Below, one piece after another: positions 41,638 to 51,198 of a stretch of DNA of 64,000 nt. Below the pieces are notes generated by a model. It was not told the DNA's origin, made no database searches, and saw only the letters and a list, made by a program, of their open reading frames with translations. Origin of the DNA: Polyangiales bacterium. Its GTDB lineage: Bacteria; Myxococcota_A; Polyangia; Polyangiales; Ga0077539. The stretch lies in the NCBI GenBank assembly GCA_044229975.1, contig JBGARZ010000004.1:64001-128000 (forward strand), in the 5' to 3' direction. The translations under genes and the position numbers were made by a program. Numbering within the stretch: the stretch's first letter is position 1; every line of letters starts with the position of its first letter.

Positions 41638-42482
41638 GACCGTCGTTGCTTCTCTTCTGTCTGCCGCTCGTCGCGTGCACGGGCGGCAGCTCCATCGTGA
41701 ACAACGGTCGGGCCGACGCCGCGACCACGGACATCACCACGGCCGTCGACGTCCCTGCTGCGACCGACGCTGGCACCGGGACCGACGTCGCAGCGGACGT
41801 TCCCAACAGCGTCACCGCGACCATCGGCCCCGCGGGCGGAACCGTCACCTTCAACCCCGGCAACGGCGCCGACGTGGTGACGTTGACCTTCCCGCCAGGC
41901 GCGCTTCGCATGGCGACGCCCATCACCATCGCGCTCTCGCCGCAGGCCGCTCCGGGCAGCTTCACGGCGGTGAGCGGGATGTACCAGTTTGGTCCTTCGG
42001 GGCTACAGCTCGGGACGCCGGCGCGCGTCTCGTTTCAGCCGTCGCGCCCGGCCGACCTCGCGCAGATGGACATCCTCTGGTCGCCCACCGGGACGGGTGG
42101 CTTCGTCAGCGTGGGTGGCCGCGCGATGACCAACCTGATCGTCGCCGACATCCGTCACTTCAGCTTCGGCTTCGTCGGCCGCTCGAACGACGACGCGGGC
42201 GTGACGGCCTGCGAGGAGGGCTTCCAGCGCTGCGGCGCGGTGTGCGTCGACACGGGCTTCGACGAGGCCCGCTGCGGCTCGTGCGAGCAGGGCTGCGCCG
42301 CGGGTGACCTGTGCTTCGAGGGCCGCTGCTACAAGGAGGTCTGCACCGAGAGCCGCCTCGATTGCGACGGCAACCCCGCGAATGGATGCGAGGTGGACGC
42401 CACCGTCGACCCGACCAACTGCGGCGGCTGCGGCATCCGCTGCGACGGCGGTCAGTGTGTTGAAGGGGTGTGCGGGACGTAG
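41634..42482 (+). CDS. Lipoprotein with a ZU5-like domain and Cys-rich tail
   Basis: MRPSLLLFCLPLVAC lipobox; ATIGPAGG..LTFPPGAL..YQFGPSGL..IRHFS (ZU5-like); DCDGNPANGCE and DPTNCGGC; ATGA overlap with the patatin stop. Confidence 0.78.
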   Translation: MRPSLLLFCLPLVACTGGSSIVNNGRADAATTDITTAVDVPAATDAGTGTDVAADVPNSVTATIGPAGGTVTFNPGNGADVVTLTFPPGALRMATPITIALSPQAAPGSFTAVSGMYQFGPSGLQLGTPARVSFQPSRPADLAQMDILWSPTGTGGFVSVGGRAMTNLIVADIRHFSFGFVGRSNDDAGVTACEEGFQRCGAVCVDTGFDEARCGSCEQGCAAGDLCFEGRCYKEVCTESRLDCDGNPANGCEVDATVDPTNCGGCGIRCDGGQCVEGVCGT

Positions 42483-42526
42483 AGGTAGTCGCTGGGGTTC
42501 GCGCGTTGGCGCTCATCCCAGCGCTC

Positions 42527-45481
42527 CTACCGAAGCCGCTCCACCAGCGCGCGGCACGTCGTCTCCAGCGCGCCAAACCGCTTCTCCGTCGCCAGCGCCA
42601 GCGCCTCCTCCGCGCACGCGAGCGCCTCGGCCCGCCGCGCCAGCTTCGTGTCCAGCAGCTCCGCCTGCTGCACCAGCCCCTGAACCAGCGTGAACGGATT
42701 GCCCGCCACCCGCACCGCCGCGATCGATCGCGCCAGTAGTTCCAATGCCTCCTCCGCGCGGCCCATGCCCGCCAGCGCCGACGAGCGGTTGCCCTGCGCG
42801 ATGGCCGCCATCAGCGGGCTCCCCAGCTTCACCGCCAGCACCTCCGTCTTCTCGTAGGCCGCGGCCGCCTCCTCCCAACGCCCCTGCTTGCGCGCCAGCT
42901 CCCCCTGGTCGTTGTGGCAGATCGCCAGCTGCCGACCCATCCCGTACTCCCGGCAGATCGCCTCCATCTCGGCGTAGCGCCGACCCGCCGCCTCGTAGCG
43001 ATCGCGCGCCGCCTCGACGCGCCCCGTGATGGAGAGCGCCCGCGCCAGCGACTCGTGCGCGCCGCGGTGCCGACACGAGCGCTCGGCCTCGTCGAGCAAC
43101 GCCAGCGCCGCGTCGGCATTTCCGCCCGTGGAGAAGACGATCCAGGCGCGGCCCAGCAGCGCCGCGGTGAGCCCTTCGGCGTCGCCCTCGTCGCGCGACA
43201 TGCGCTCGACCTGCTCCAGCAATTCGAGCGATGCCGCGTGGTCGCCGCCGCTGCCCGCGAGGTCGGAGCGCAGCGCGCGGCACCGTCGCAGCTCGGACCG
43301 ATCGCCCGCCTCGAAGCACAACGGCTCGGCCCGATCGAGCCGCGCGACCGCACCTGCCGCATCACCGCGCGCGCGGAGGATCTGCGCCTGGTCGACCAGC
43401 GAGTTGGCCACCTTCGCGCGATCACCCTGCGCCTCGGCTCGCGCGATGGCGTGGTCGTAGAGCGCGAGCGCGTCGCTCCAGTGACCGAGCGCGTTGAGCA
43501 GGTCGGCCAGCGCGTCGCAGCCCGCCGCGGTCGGGGGAGGGGAGAGCCCCACCGCGCGGCATAGCTCGTTGGCGCGGGTGGCGTCGGTGCGTTCGAGCCA
43601 GGCCCACCACGCGCGCGGGCGGTACGGGTCGGCCGCGAGGTGCCACGACACGAAGTCTTCGCGCGCGAGCAGCTCCGCGAGCTCGTCGGCGCGGCGCAGC
43701 GACACGAGGTGATCGGCGAGGTGGTCGCGCCCGTAGGCGGACATCGCGGCGAGGCCCGCGCGCAGCTCGGAGAGCGCGAGGTCGGCGAGGCGCTGGTGGC
43801 CGCGGCGGGCGCTCACGAAGTACGGACCCGCGCGGTGTTCGTCGGTGAGCCACTCGGCGACCGTCGCGTGAAAGGGACGCACCGCCCCGTCGCTCGTCAC
43901 GAAGAGCGATCCCAGCGCGCGGCGTAGCTTCGGCGCGGCGTACTCGTCCCAGCCGAGCGCGGCGGTGAGCACCTCCGTCGGCAGCGCGCCGTGGGCCGCG
44001 GCGATGAGCTCCAGCGCGGGGCGAACGTCGCGCTCGTACGCCGCGAGGTCGGCGAACTGCCGCTTGAAGAACTGCGCGTACATCCCGCCGAGTCCGCGCG
44101 GAAACGCACCGACGTCGTCGAGCGAGAGGCGGCCCTGGGCGAGCTCCTCGCGCACGCGGTCGACGTAGAGGAAGAGCCCTTCGCTGCGGTCGACCATCGC
44201 GTCGACGACCGCGGGCGCGAGCTGTCCCTCAGAGGCGAAGGGCGCGAGCTCGCGGGTGACGTAGGCGGCGAGGTCGGCCTTGTTGTGCGAGGCGTCGGCG
44301 TCGAGCGGTCGCGGAGTGACGCCCTGGAGCGGGTGCATCACCTCGGGGTCGGGCCGCGTGAGCAGCACCAGGCGCAGCCAGGCGGGCGTCTTCACGAACT
44401 CCGTCGCGAGGAAGGCGGCGAGCTCGTTGTTGCCGTCGAGGGTGGCCTCGTCGAGGCCGTCGATGAGCACCACCATGGTGCGGTCGGGCGCGGGGAATCC
44501 GCCGTGCAGCGGCTGCACCACGAGGCGGTCGAAGAGCGTGCGGGCGTTGCATTCTTCGATGAGTCGCTCCAGCCCGAGGGCGTTGAGGCGCTGCTGGTAC
44601 TCGGGGAGCTGGCTCGCGAGCTGGTAGGCGATGGAGCGAACGCACCACCGCGGATCGGCCTTCTGCACATCACCATGGCGGCAGAGGTGGAAGGCACCGA
44701 CCTCGCGGCGGTTGGCGCAGAGCCACGCGGCGATGGCCGTCTTGCCGAGGCCCGGTCGCCCCGTCGCGAGGAAGATGCGCGGTGCGGTGGGGTCGGCGAG
44801 CCAGCGGTCGACCTCGTCGAAGAACCACCGTCGCCCGGTGAAGCGCGTGAGGTGCACCGCCACGTCGACGTCGAAGGGCAGCGGTTGCAGCGCGCTCAAG
44901 AGCCGCGACTGAACGCCCTCCGACTGCACCCGATCGTTCTCCAGCGCGTCGAGGAGGGACTCGAAGCGGGCGGCGTAGCGCTCGGCGCGGGCGGCCGGGT
45001 CGGACGCATCGCGCAGGTCGAGCCACTGGAGTCGGCAGATGGAGAGCGGCGGCTCGCACCAGCTCACCATCACGGGAACGACCGTCATCGCGCGGGAGAG
45101 CGCGCGGGCGAGCTCGTTGAGGCAGTAGCCGTCGGGTCGCCGCACCGAGTGGGGCGTGAGCAGCAGCACCACGCGCCCCTGGCCGGGGACCTCGTCGGTG
45201 CGCGCGAGCCCGTCGTCGATGCCGCGCTCCCAGTCGCCGCCGCCCTTCAGGCGCTCGACGTCGAACCACACCTCGTGGCCGCGCGCCCGGAGGTCGTCGC
45301 GCACCCTCTCCGCCAGCGGCGTGAACTCGTCGTGGCCGTACGAGAGAAAGATCCGCCGTGTCTGGATGCCCGTGGTGCGCGCGAAGGTGTGCTCGCACTC
45401 CGCGCACAGAAACACCTGGCGCTTCTTGCTGAAGGCGACGTCCTCGGAGCCGCACTGCGGGCAGACGGTGGCGTCGCTCAT
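42527..45481 (-). CDS. Zn-ribbon - TIR - NACHT-like STAND NTPase - TPR protein
   Basis: CPQC..CAEC; TIR IFLSYGH..VWFD..YCLNELARA; Walker A GRPGLGKT, Walker B VVLIDGLDE; SEGLFLY; FHATVAEWL; C-terminal TPRs. Start at ATG 45481. Confidence 0.9.
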   Translation of the reverse strand: MSDATVCPQCGSEDVAFSKKRQVFLCAECEHTFARTTGIQTRRIFLSYGHDEFTPLAERVRDDLRARGHEVWFDVERLKGGGDWERGIDDGLARTDEVPGQGRVVLLLTPHSVRRPDGYCLNELARALSRAMTVVPVMVSWCEPPLSICRLQWLDLRDASDPAARAERYAARFESLLDALENDRVQSEGVQSRLLSALQPLPFDVDVAVHLTRFTGRRWFFDEVDRWLADPTAPRIFLATGRPGLGKTAIAAWLCANRREVGAFHLCRHGDVQKADPRWCVRSIAYQLASQLPEYQQRLNALGLERLIEECNARTLFDRLVVQPLHGGFPAPDRTMVVLIDGLDEATLDGNNELAAFLATEFVKTPAWLRLVLLTRPDPEVMHPLQGVTPRPLDADASHNKADLAAYVTRELAPFASEGQLAPAVVDAMVDRSEGLFLYVDRVREELAQGRLSLDDVGAFPRGLGGMYAQFFKRQFADLAAYERDVRPALELIAAAHGALPTEVLTAALGWDEYAAPKLRRALGSLFVTSDGAVRPFHATVAEWLTDEHRAGPYFVSARRGHQRLADLALSELRAGLAAMSAYGRDHLADHLVSLRRADELAELLAREDFVSWHLAADPYRPRAWWAWLERTDATRANELCRAVGLSPPPTAAGCDALADLLNALGHWSDALALYDHAIARAEAQGDRAKVANSLVDQAQILRARGDAAGAVARLDRAEPLCFEAGDRSELRRCRALRSDLAGSGGDHAASLELLEQVERMSRDEGDAEGLTAALLGRAWIVFSTGGNADAALALLDEAERSCRHRGAHESLARALSITGRVEAARDRYEAAGRRYAEMEAICREYGMGRQLAICHNDQGELARKQGRWEEAAAAYEKTEVLAVKLGSPLMAAIAQGNRSSALAGMGRAEEALELLARSIAAVRVAGNPFTLVQGLVQQAELLDTKLARRAEALACAEEALALATEKRFGALETTCRALVERLR

Positions 45482-45550
45482 GGTCCGCACATGGTCACCT
45501 CCCACGAGGTCCAGGCAAGCGCCGAGTCTCACACGACCATCAGCGCCTCG

Positions 45551-46627
45551 TCAGGTGGCACCGCTCGGCGCACCGGACAGCTCGCCCGACGACGCCCGGG
45601 CGCGCCGGGCCTGCGGCGTCTCGCCCGTCCAGCGACGAAACGCCCGGAAGAAGGCCGCCGGCTCCGCGTACCCGAGCAGGAACGAGATCTCGGAGGCGCT
45701 CAGCCGCGCGTCGTCGAGCAGGAGCAGCGCCCGCTCTCGCCGCGCCTCGTCGACGAGCTCTGCGAAGCCGGTCGCCTCCTCCCGCAAGCGCCGGTGCATT
45801 GTGCGCTCCGAGAGCGCCATCCTCCGCGCCACCGCCGACAGCCGCGGCTCGCCCCCGGCGAGGAGCAGCCCGATCTCCCGCCGGGCGCGCGCGGCCAGCG
45901 AGGCCGTCGACGGCAGGCTCGCCGCCAGCTCTTCGACACGCCGCGTGAGGTAGCCGCACAGGCGCGGGTCGGCGCGCGGGAGCGGCAGCGCGCACAGGGC
46001 GCCGTCGAAGCGCAGCTCCGTCGTCGCCGTGGACCACTCGATGGGGCAGCCGAAGAGCGCGGCGTGCGCGCGCGGGTCGGCCGGCGCCGGGCGCTGCAAC
46101 GAGACGGCGATCGGCGAGACCGCGCGCCCGGTGAGGATCCGCATCACGGTCAGCGTCGCCGCGGCCTGCGCGTCGATGGGCTCGCGGAGGCGCGCGAAGG
46201 GGGGCGGCACGACCTGCACGAAGCGGAGCTGCGCCGGGCCCACCTCGATGCGCGGCACCGCGTCGGGGTGCACGATCGCGCGGTAGCGGGCCATGCACTC
46301 CGCCGCGTCGCCGACGGTGGCGCCGTGCTGCATGGCGTAGCCGACGACGCCGAGCCCGGTGAGCCCCATGCGCTCGCCGAGGGCGAGGCCGATCGGGCGG
46401 CGTGCGACCGCGGTCCACAGCGCGAGGTGCTGGGCGAGCGGCACGCGACCGTCGGGCTCGGCGAGCTGATCGGCGTCGAGCCCCGCCGCCGCGCGCAGGG
46501 CCGCCTCGTCGTCTCCGAGCGCCACCGCGCCCTCGATGACCGCCTGCGTGAGCGCCGCCAGGACCGTGATCACGCCGCGATCGTCACCGCTGGCGGCCGG
46601 AGGCACAAGCGTGGCGGACGCGGTCAC
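45551..46627 (-). CDS. AraC-family transcriptional regulator
   Basis: N-terminal ligand domain (GVVGYAM..ATVGDA); HTH SERTMHRRL..LGYAEPAAFFRAFRRWTGETP. Confidence 0.92.
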   Translation of the reverse strand: MTASATLVPPAASGDDRGVITVLAALTQAVIEGAVALGDDEAALRAAAGLDADQLAEPDGRVPLAQHLALWTAVARRPIGLALGERMGLTGLGVVGYAMQHGATVGDAAECMARYRAIVHPDAVPRIEVGPAQLRFVQVVPPPFARLREPIDAQAAATLTVMRILTGRAVSPIAVSLQRPAPADPRAHAALFGCPIEWSTATTELRFDGALCALPLPRADPRLCGYLTRRVEELAASLPSTASLAARARREIGLLLAGGEPRLSAVARRMALSERTMHRRLREEATGFAELVDEARRERALLLLDDARLSASEISFLLGYAEPAAFFRAFRRWTGETPQARRARASSGELSGAPSGAT

Positions 46628-46662
46628 TGTCTCGGCGACGAGCGGCTGCCAGATTCGCGGAC

Positions 46663-47295
46663 ATGAAACTCACGCTGCCTCCGCCGCTCGAAGTGCCCTG
46701 GACGATGAAGCCCCTCGAGTCCGCCCAGACCCGCCTGGAGGTGCTCGACGACGGTCGCCTCCACCTCTCGATCGTCCACGACCTGGTCTCCGGGGTGACC
46801 CCCGAGATGCTCCGCTGGTGGTTCCAGCACCTCGAAGGGGACATGGAGCTCGAAGGGCGACGCGTGCCCCGCTATCGGGTTTGGCACCCGCGCGATCACG
46901 TCGCCTTCCGGTACGGCCGGCGCACCGACCCGATCGGACCGGGGTCGATCTTCGTCATCCAGGAGGTGCTCGCGCGCAACCCCGACTGGGACGTCGACGT
47001 GCACAGCCATGTGGTGCGCCTCGACGAGGGCGGCTTCGGGCACCGCCCGCGGGTGCGCGGCCTCCAGCTCGCAAAGATGGACTACACGTTCGCCCGGGTC
47101 GCGGGCGGGACCCGATACGAGAACTCGCTCACCGTCGGGGTCGAGGGGCGCTCCGTCGTGACGCGCGCGATCAACGCGCAGGTGCGGCGGTTCACCTTCT
47201 CCGACGAGAAGGGGCGCGCGTGGCTGCTGCACAACATCGAAGAGGTCGGCAACTTCGAGCACTTTCTTCCGGCTCTCCACGCCCGGGAGAAGTGA
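46663..47295 (+). CDS. DAPG hydrolase PhlG-like (Bet v1/START-fold) protein
   Basis: GVTPEMLRWWF, YRVWHPRDH, HNIEEVGNFEHFLP (HxxxE metal motif). Confidence 0.7.
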   Translation: MKLTLPPPLEVPWTMKPLESAQTRLEVLDDGRLHLSIVHDLVSGVTPEMLRWWFQHLEGDMELEGRRVPRYRVWHPRDHVAFRYGRRTDPIGPGSIFVIQEVLARNPDWDVDVHSHVVRLDEGGFGHRPRVRGLQLAKMDYTFARVAGGTRYENSLTVGVEGRSVVTRAINAQVRRFTFSDEKGRAWLLHNIEEVGNFEHFLPALHAREK

Positions 47296-47325
47296 CCCGT
47301 CGCGCTGCCCATCCCCACGGGTGCC

Positions 47326-48294
47326 TCAGCGCACCTGACAGCGCAGCACGCGCAGCCGTTGCCAGAGGTCGTAGCCATCGCGCGGCGGGATCATGCGCTG
47401 GAGCCCTTCGGTCTGCGTGAGAAACTCCATCCACGCGCGGCTCTTGGCCGTCAGCTCGGAGGTGACGGCGTACACCTTCAGCGGAACCTCCATCGCCGCG
47501 AGCTCGGTCACCGCGAAGGCCGCTTCGAGCCACGGCATCACGAGGTCGTCGCACAGTGACGACACCACGATCACGAACGACCCGCCCGGCGCGAGAAACT
47601 CCGCGCCGCGCTCGGCCACCTCACGGATGAGCGCGACGCCCTCCCAGGGGTTGTCGCGGAAGCGCCCCTCGACGAGCTCTGGTGGGCGCCGGATGTACGG
47701 CGGGTTCATCAGCACGAGGTCGTGACGACCGCGCACCCGCAGCGCCTCGCCGCGCCGCCCGAGCGAGCCCGACACCACCGTGCGGCCCGAGCGCTTCTCC
47801 AGCGCACCCATGGCGCACTGCACCGCGAGCGGGTCGATGTCGATGACGTGCATCTCGTCGAGCGGGCGACCGGCGCGCGCGAGCGCCTCCATGAGGTAGA
47901 GCGAGAGGTAGCCCGACCCGCAGCCGATCTCGAGCCCCGCGCGCACGGGGCCGAGCGTGGGAAGGAGGTCGCGCACGGCCCGGCACACCAGCAGCGTGTC
48001 GATGGACGGCGACCACACCCGCGGAAACACCGACTGGTCGAAGTCGAGCTCGACGCCGTCGTATTCGATCACGCGCCGCGGCAGTCCGAAGAGCGACTGC
48101 ACGAGGTCGCGCCGCGCAGGAGGGAGCTGCGCGATGCGGTGCGGATCAGTCACCAGCACCGGGTGTTCGAAGCGCGCCACGAGGAGGCTCGCGCCGTCTT
48201 CTTGGAGTGATCCGTCGAGGATGCCCTCGATCTCGTACGCGCCCTCGGCCAGGGCCTCCTGCCACCTCAGATCAGCGTCGAACCGGATGCGCAT
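47326..48294 (-). CDS. Class I SAM-dependent N-methyltransferase (HemK-like)
   Basis: VWSPSIDT, LEIGCGSG, IDID, DLVLMNPPY. Start at ATG 48294. Confidence 0.85.
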   Translation of the reverse strand: MRIRFDADLRWQEALAEGAYEIEGILDGSLQEDGASLLVARFEHPVLVTDPHRIAQLPPARRDLVQSLFGLPRRVIEYDGVELDFDQSVFPRVWSPSIDTLLVCRAVRDLLPTLGPVRAGLEIGCGSGYLSLYLMEALARAGRPLDEMHVIDIDPLAVQCAMGALEKRSGRTVVSGSLGRRGEALRVRGRHDLVLMNPPYIRRPPELVEGRFRDNPWEGVALIREVAERGAEFLAPGGSFVIVVSSLCDDLVMPWLEAAFAVTELAAMEVPLKVYAVTSELTAKSRAWMEFLTQTEGLQRMIPPRDGYDLWQRLRVLRCQVR

Positions 48295-48307
48295 CGTGCC
48301 GTCATCA

Positions 48308-48748
48308 CTACCACCACGTGAAGACGATGGTGTGGTGATCGGGCTCGCGCCGCAGCCCGAGCGGTCGCCAGGTGATGACCACCTCGCGCAACGCGAAGCC
48401 CGTCGCCAGCACCGTCGCCGCCAGCGCCGTCCATCGCAGTCGGTCGAGCGACACCTCACCGCCGCGACCCGCCGCCGCGAGCGCTGCGCCCACGACCACG
48501 CCCGTGAAGCCCGCGCTCGACTCCAGACACATGCACGCGAGCCTGCGCGGCGTCGTTCGCACGGGGCGCGTCTTCATCCGGTAGAGCAGCCACGCATCGC
48601 GCAGTCCCCCCTGGAGCAGCCACGCGAGGCACGCCGCCGTCAGCAGCTCGCCCGCGCCGAGGTGCGTCGGCAGCGAAGGTGCGACCGTCGCGACGCCCGC
48701 CACCGCGACGGGGATGAGCGCGAGCTCGACCTTGCTGTGGGTGTTCAT
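48308..48748 (-). CDS. Hypothetical membrane protein
   Basis: About four hydrophobic segments, with LLQGGLRD and CMCLES; 13 bp upstream of the methyltransferase. Confidence 0.65.
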   Translation of the reverse strand: MNTHSKVELALIPVAVAGVATVAPSLPTHLGAGELLTAACLAWLLQGGLRDAWLLYRMKTRPVRTTPRRLACMCLESSAGFTGVVVGAALAAAGRGGEVSLDRLRWTALAATVLATGFALREVVITWRPLGLRREPDHHTIVFTWW

Positions 48749-48959
48749 GGCGAGTGTCGAGAGAACCGCCACGGGGCGAGGGACGCAAGGAACGGAAGGA
48801 TGTTGATGGGTTCGGTACGGCGAAGGTGGTGCACTCGCGAGGGTCCGTCGACCCGTTGGCCCGAACCTTGTTGAGTGTCTTCTGCGACCGCGGAATGGCT
48901 GGTTTCCTGTGCCATCGTGGGCCACGGGATCGCTGGCTCTTCACGGTCGGAGGTGTGTG

Positions 48960-50015
48960 ATGAGGCGACGGGTGACGTTCGGTTCTCTTGCCGTGATGGC
49001 TGGGCTCGCTGTGACCCTCGCGGCCCGACCGGCGGCGGCGTGCAGGGGGCAGATCACGTGTCTGGAGCCGCGGATCGTGCCGAGATCGGCGGCACCGGCG
49101 AACCTCCCCGCGGTCGCGTTCTGGCCTCGGCGGGACCTCTACGGCCCGCCGCCGACGGGGCCCGTGACCTTCACCCGCGTGGCGGGCGACACGCGCGAGG
49201 ACGTGCCCTTCACCACGCGAACCAGCGCCCTCGGTGATCCGTTGCTGGTTCCGACGACGCCGCTCGCTCCGATGACGGAGTACGAGGTCACGGGGCCGCC
49301 CGCCTGCCAGGAGGGAACACCAAACCCGCCGCTGCGCTTCCGCACCGGGCCCGAAGCGCCGCTCCCTACGTCCCTGGGCACGGTGGGCATCTCCGCGGTG
49401 CAGCGTGGGTTTCAGCACCTCCGCATCTCGGGGTGGGGTTCGGACTGCGGGCCGAACTTCGCCATCGCGTTCCTCGAAGCGCGGCTGGAGCTGCCACCCG
49501 ACGCAGAGCGGTGGTCGGGCGCACTGCTCTGGACGCCAACCCTGGACCGCCAACCGTGGAGCATCGACTCGGTCTTCGGAACAGTCACAACCCTGAGCGG
49601 CTTTGCGGTGACGCGGTTCTATGTGCAGTGCGACGGGCCCGACAGCGGTCAGTACAATGGCGGTCCGCGCCCTGGTCGCCATCGCATCGGGTACCGCGCC
49701 CACGTGCCGGGACAGGACACCGAGCTGACCGTCGAGCGAGAGGTGGAGATGCTCTGCGGCGATGGCGTCCCCACCCGAAGCGACGCTGGAGTGGTTGCCG
49801 TGACCGACCTCGGCGCCGCGACCGAACAGGACGCGACGACGGCCAGCGGCGCGATGCTCCGAGAGGGCGGCATCGGGTGCAGCGTGGGCGGTGGGTCGGC
49901 TCGGCCGGGCGCGCTCCAGGTGTCGTTGGCGGCGTTGCTGGGTCTGGTCGTCGCGCGGCGACGGCGCGTCACAGCCGCAGGTCGAAGCCCGCGGTCGCGA
50001 CGACCTCACCGTTGA
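48960..50015 (+). CDS. Secreted protein with a MYXO-CTERM-like sorting signal
   Basis: Signal peptide ending ARPAAAC; C-terminal GGIGCSVG...LAALLGLVVARRRR. Confidence 0.72.
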   Translation: MRRRVTFGSLAVMAGLAVTLAARPAAACRGQITCLEPRIVPRSAAPANLPAVAFWPRRDLYGPPPTGPVTFTRVAGDTREDVPFTTRTSALGDPLLVPTTPLAPMTEYEVTGPPACQEGTPNPPLRFRTGPEAPLPTSLGTVGISAVQRGFQHLRISGWGSDCGPNFAIAFLEARLELPPDAERWSGALLWTPTLDRQPWSIDSVFGTVTTLSGFAVTRFYVQCDGPDSGQYNGGPRPGRHRIGYRAHVPGQDTELTVEREVEMLCGDGVPTRSDAGVVAVTDLGAATEQDATTASGAMLREGGIGCSVGGGSARPGALQVSLAALLGLVVARRRRVTAAGRSPRSRRPHR

Positions 50016-51078
50016 CGCGGAGGTCCACGCCGTGGCGACCGGCGTGGTAGCGGCGCGTGGTGATGAGCTTCATCGAGTGGCTCTTGCTGAGCGCGCGCTC
50101 CTCGTTGGCCCCGAGCTCCACCACCCACCCCTTGAACACCTTCGGCGTGGTCTCGCCGCTCGCCTTCACGTGGTGCACCGCGTAGTCGATCGCGAGCTTC
50201 TGCGTCCGCTTCGAGGTCGATCGCAACGTCACGTCCAACCGCAGGCTCTCCCCGACCGACACCCGCTTCGGTGCCACGGTGAGCGTCGCCTCGCCCGCCA
50301 TGCGCTTGCCCAATCCCCACGCCGCCAGGGTGTCCGCGTGGCCCTGCTTGATGAGCGTTCGGCTCGCGTGCTTGAGCAGCGCCCTTCGCTCCGTAGACGC
50401 GCCCGGCAGGTGCGCGTCGAGCCACTGCGAGACGATGGTTGGGTGGTCCTTCGCGATGTCGTTGAGGTGGTTGGCGACGCTCCGCCGAACGTACTCGCTC
50501 GGGTCGTCCTGCAACGCGCGTAGCAACGGAAGCGTGGGCGACGGATCGGCGATGAGCCCCTTCAACTGCATGCCCCATGGCAGGCGCGGTCGACTGCCTT
50601 CGCTCACCAGCCGCCGCACGTGCTCGCTCGGATCATCGGCCCAGCGGGCGAGCGTGTCCCAGCAGAGCTGCGGGTGCGCCAGGATGAAGGGACGAATCGC
50701 CCACTCGGCGGTGAAGCGCTGCGTGACGGCGTGCAGCGTGGTGAGCGCGCGCGCCGGGTGACCGATGCCCCGTCGCACCACGAACTCCCCGACGGGCCAC
50801 AGCGCCCAGCTCCGCAGACCGCTCGCGCCGGACGCGTCGTCGAGCGGCGCGAGGCTGGCCTCGATGACCGTCGCGGCGTGGTCGAAGTCGGGTGGCAGCG
50901 TCGCTTCGAGGGCACCCGCGATGTGCATGGCGCGGGCCTTCATCTCCAGCGCGTCGAGCCCGTCGAGCGAGCGGCGCTCGAAGGCGCGGGCGTCGAAGTC
51001 GGGCCACGCCCGGCGCAGGTGGCGCGCGGTGGCGCGGACGACGGCGGCGTTGAGGAGGTTCTTGAAGGCTTCGGTCAT
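49969..51078 (-). CDS. DNA alkylation repair protein (AlkC/AlkD-like HEAT glycosylase with Ig-like C-terminus)
   Basis: TQRFTAEWAIRPF, HVRRLVSEGSRPRLPW, YVRRSVANHLNDIAKDHP, IDYAVHHVKA, TTRRYHAG. Start at ATG 51078. Confidence 0.9.
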   Translation of the reverse strand: MTEAFKNLLNAAVVRATARHLRRAWPDFDARAFERRSLDGLDALEMKARAMHIAGALEATLPPDFDHAATVIEASLAPLDDASGASGLRSWALWPVGEFVVRRGIGHPARALTTLHAVTQRFTAEWAIRPFILAHPQLCWDTLARWADDPSEHVRRLVSEGSRPRLPWGMQLKGLIADPSPTLPLLRALQDDPSEYVRRSVANHLNDIAKDHPTIVSQWLDAHLPGASTERRALLKHASRTLIKQGHADTLAAWGLGKRMAGEATLTVAPKRVSVGESLRLDVTLRSTSKRTQKLAIDYAVHHVKASGETTPKVFKGWVVELGANEERALSKSHSMKLITTRRYHAGRHGVDLRVNGEVVATAGFDLRL

Positions 51079-51198
51079 GGGTTGATGCTCTCGACCATCG
51101 ACGTCGGCGATGCAAGGCCAGTGGGACTTGCGCGCCACACGGACTTCCATCGGCGATCCCCGCTTGACCCCCGCCTCGCGCGTGTACCATCCGCGCCC

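Noticed and set aside
40023..42482. 819-aa ORF as one protein
   Set aside because: The real gene starts at ATG 41634 with a lipoprotein signal; the upstream part is an off-frame overlap with the patatin gene.
49969..50015. 47-bp convergent overlap of two genes as a regulatory feature
   Set aside because: Short 3' overlaps are common in high-GC genomes, and nothing else supports a function.
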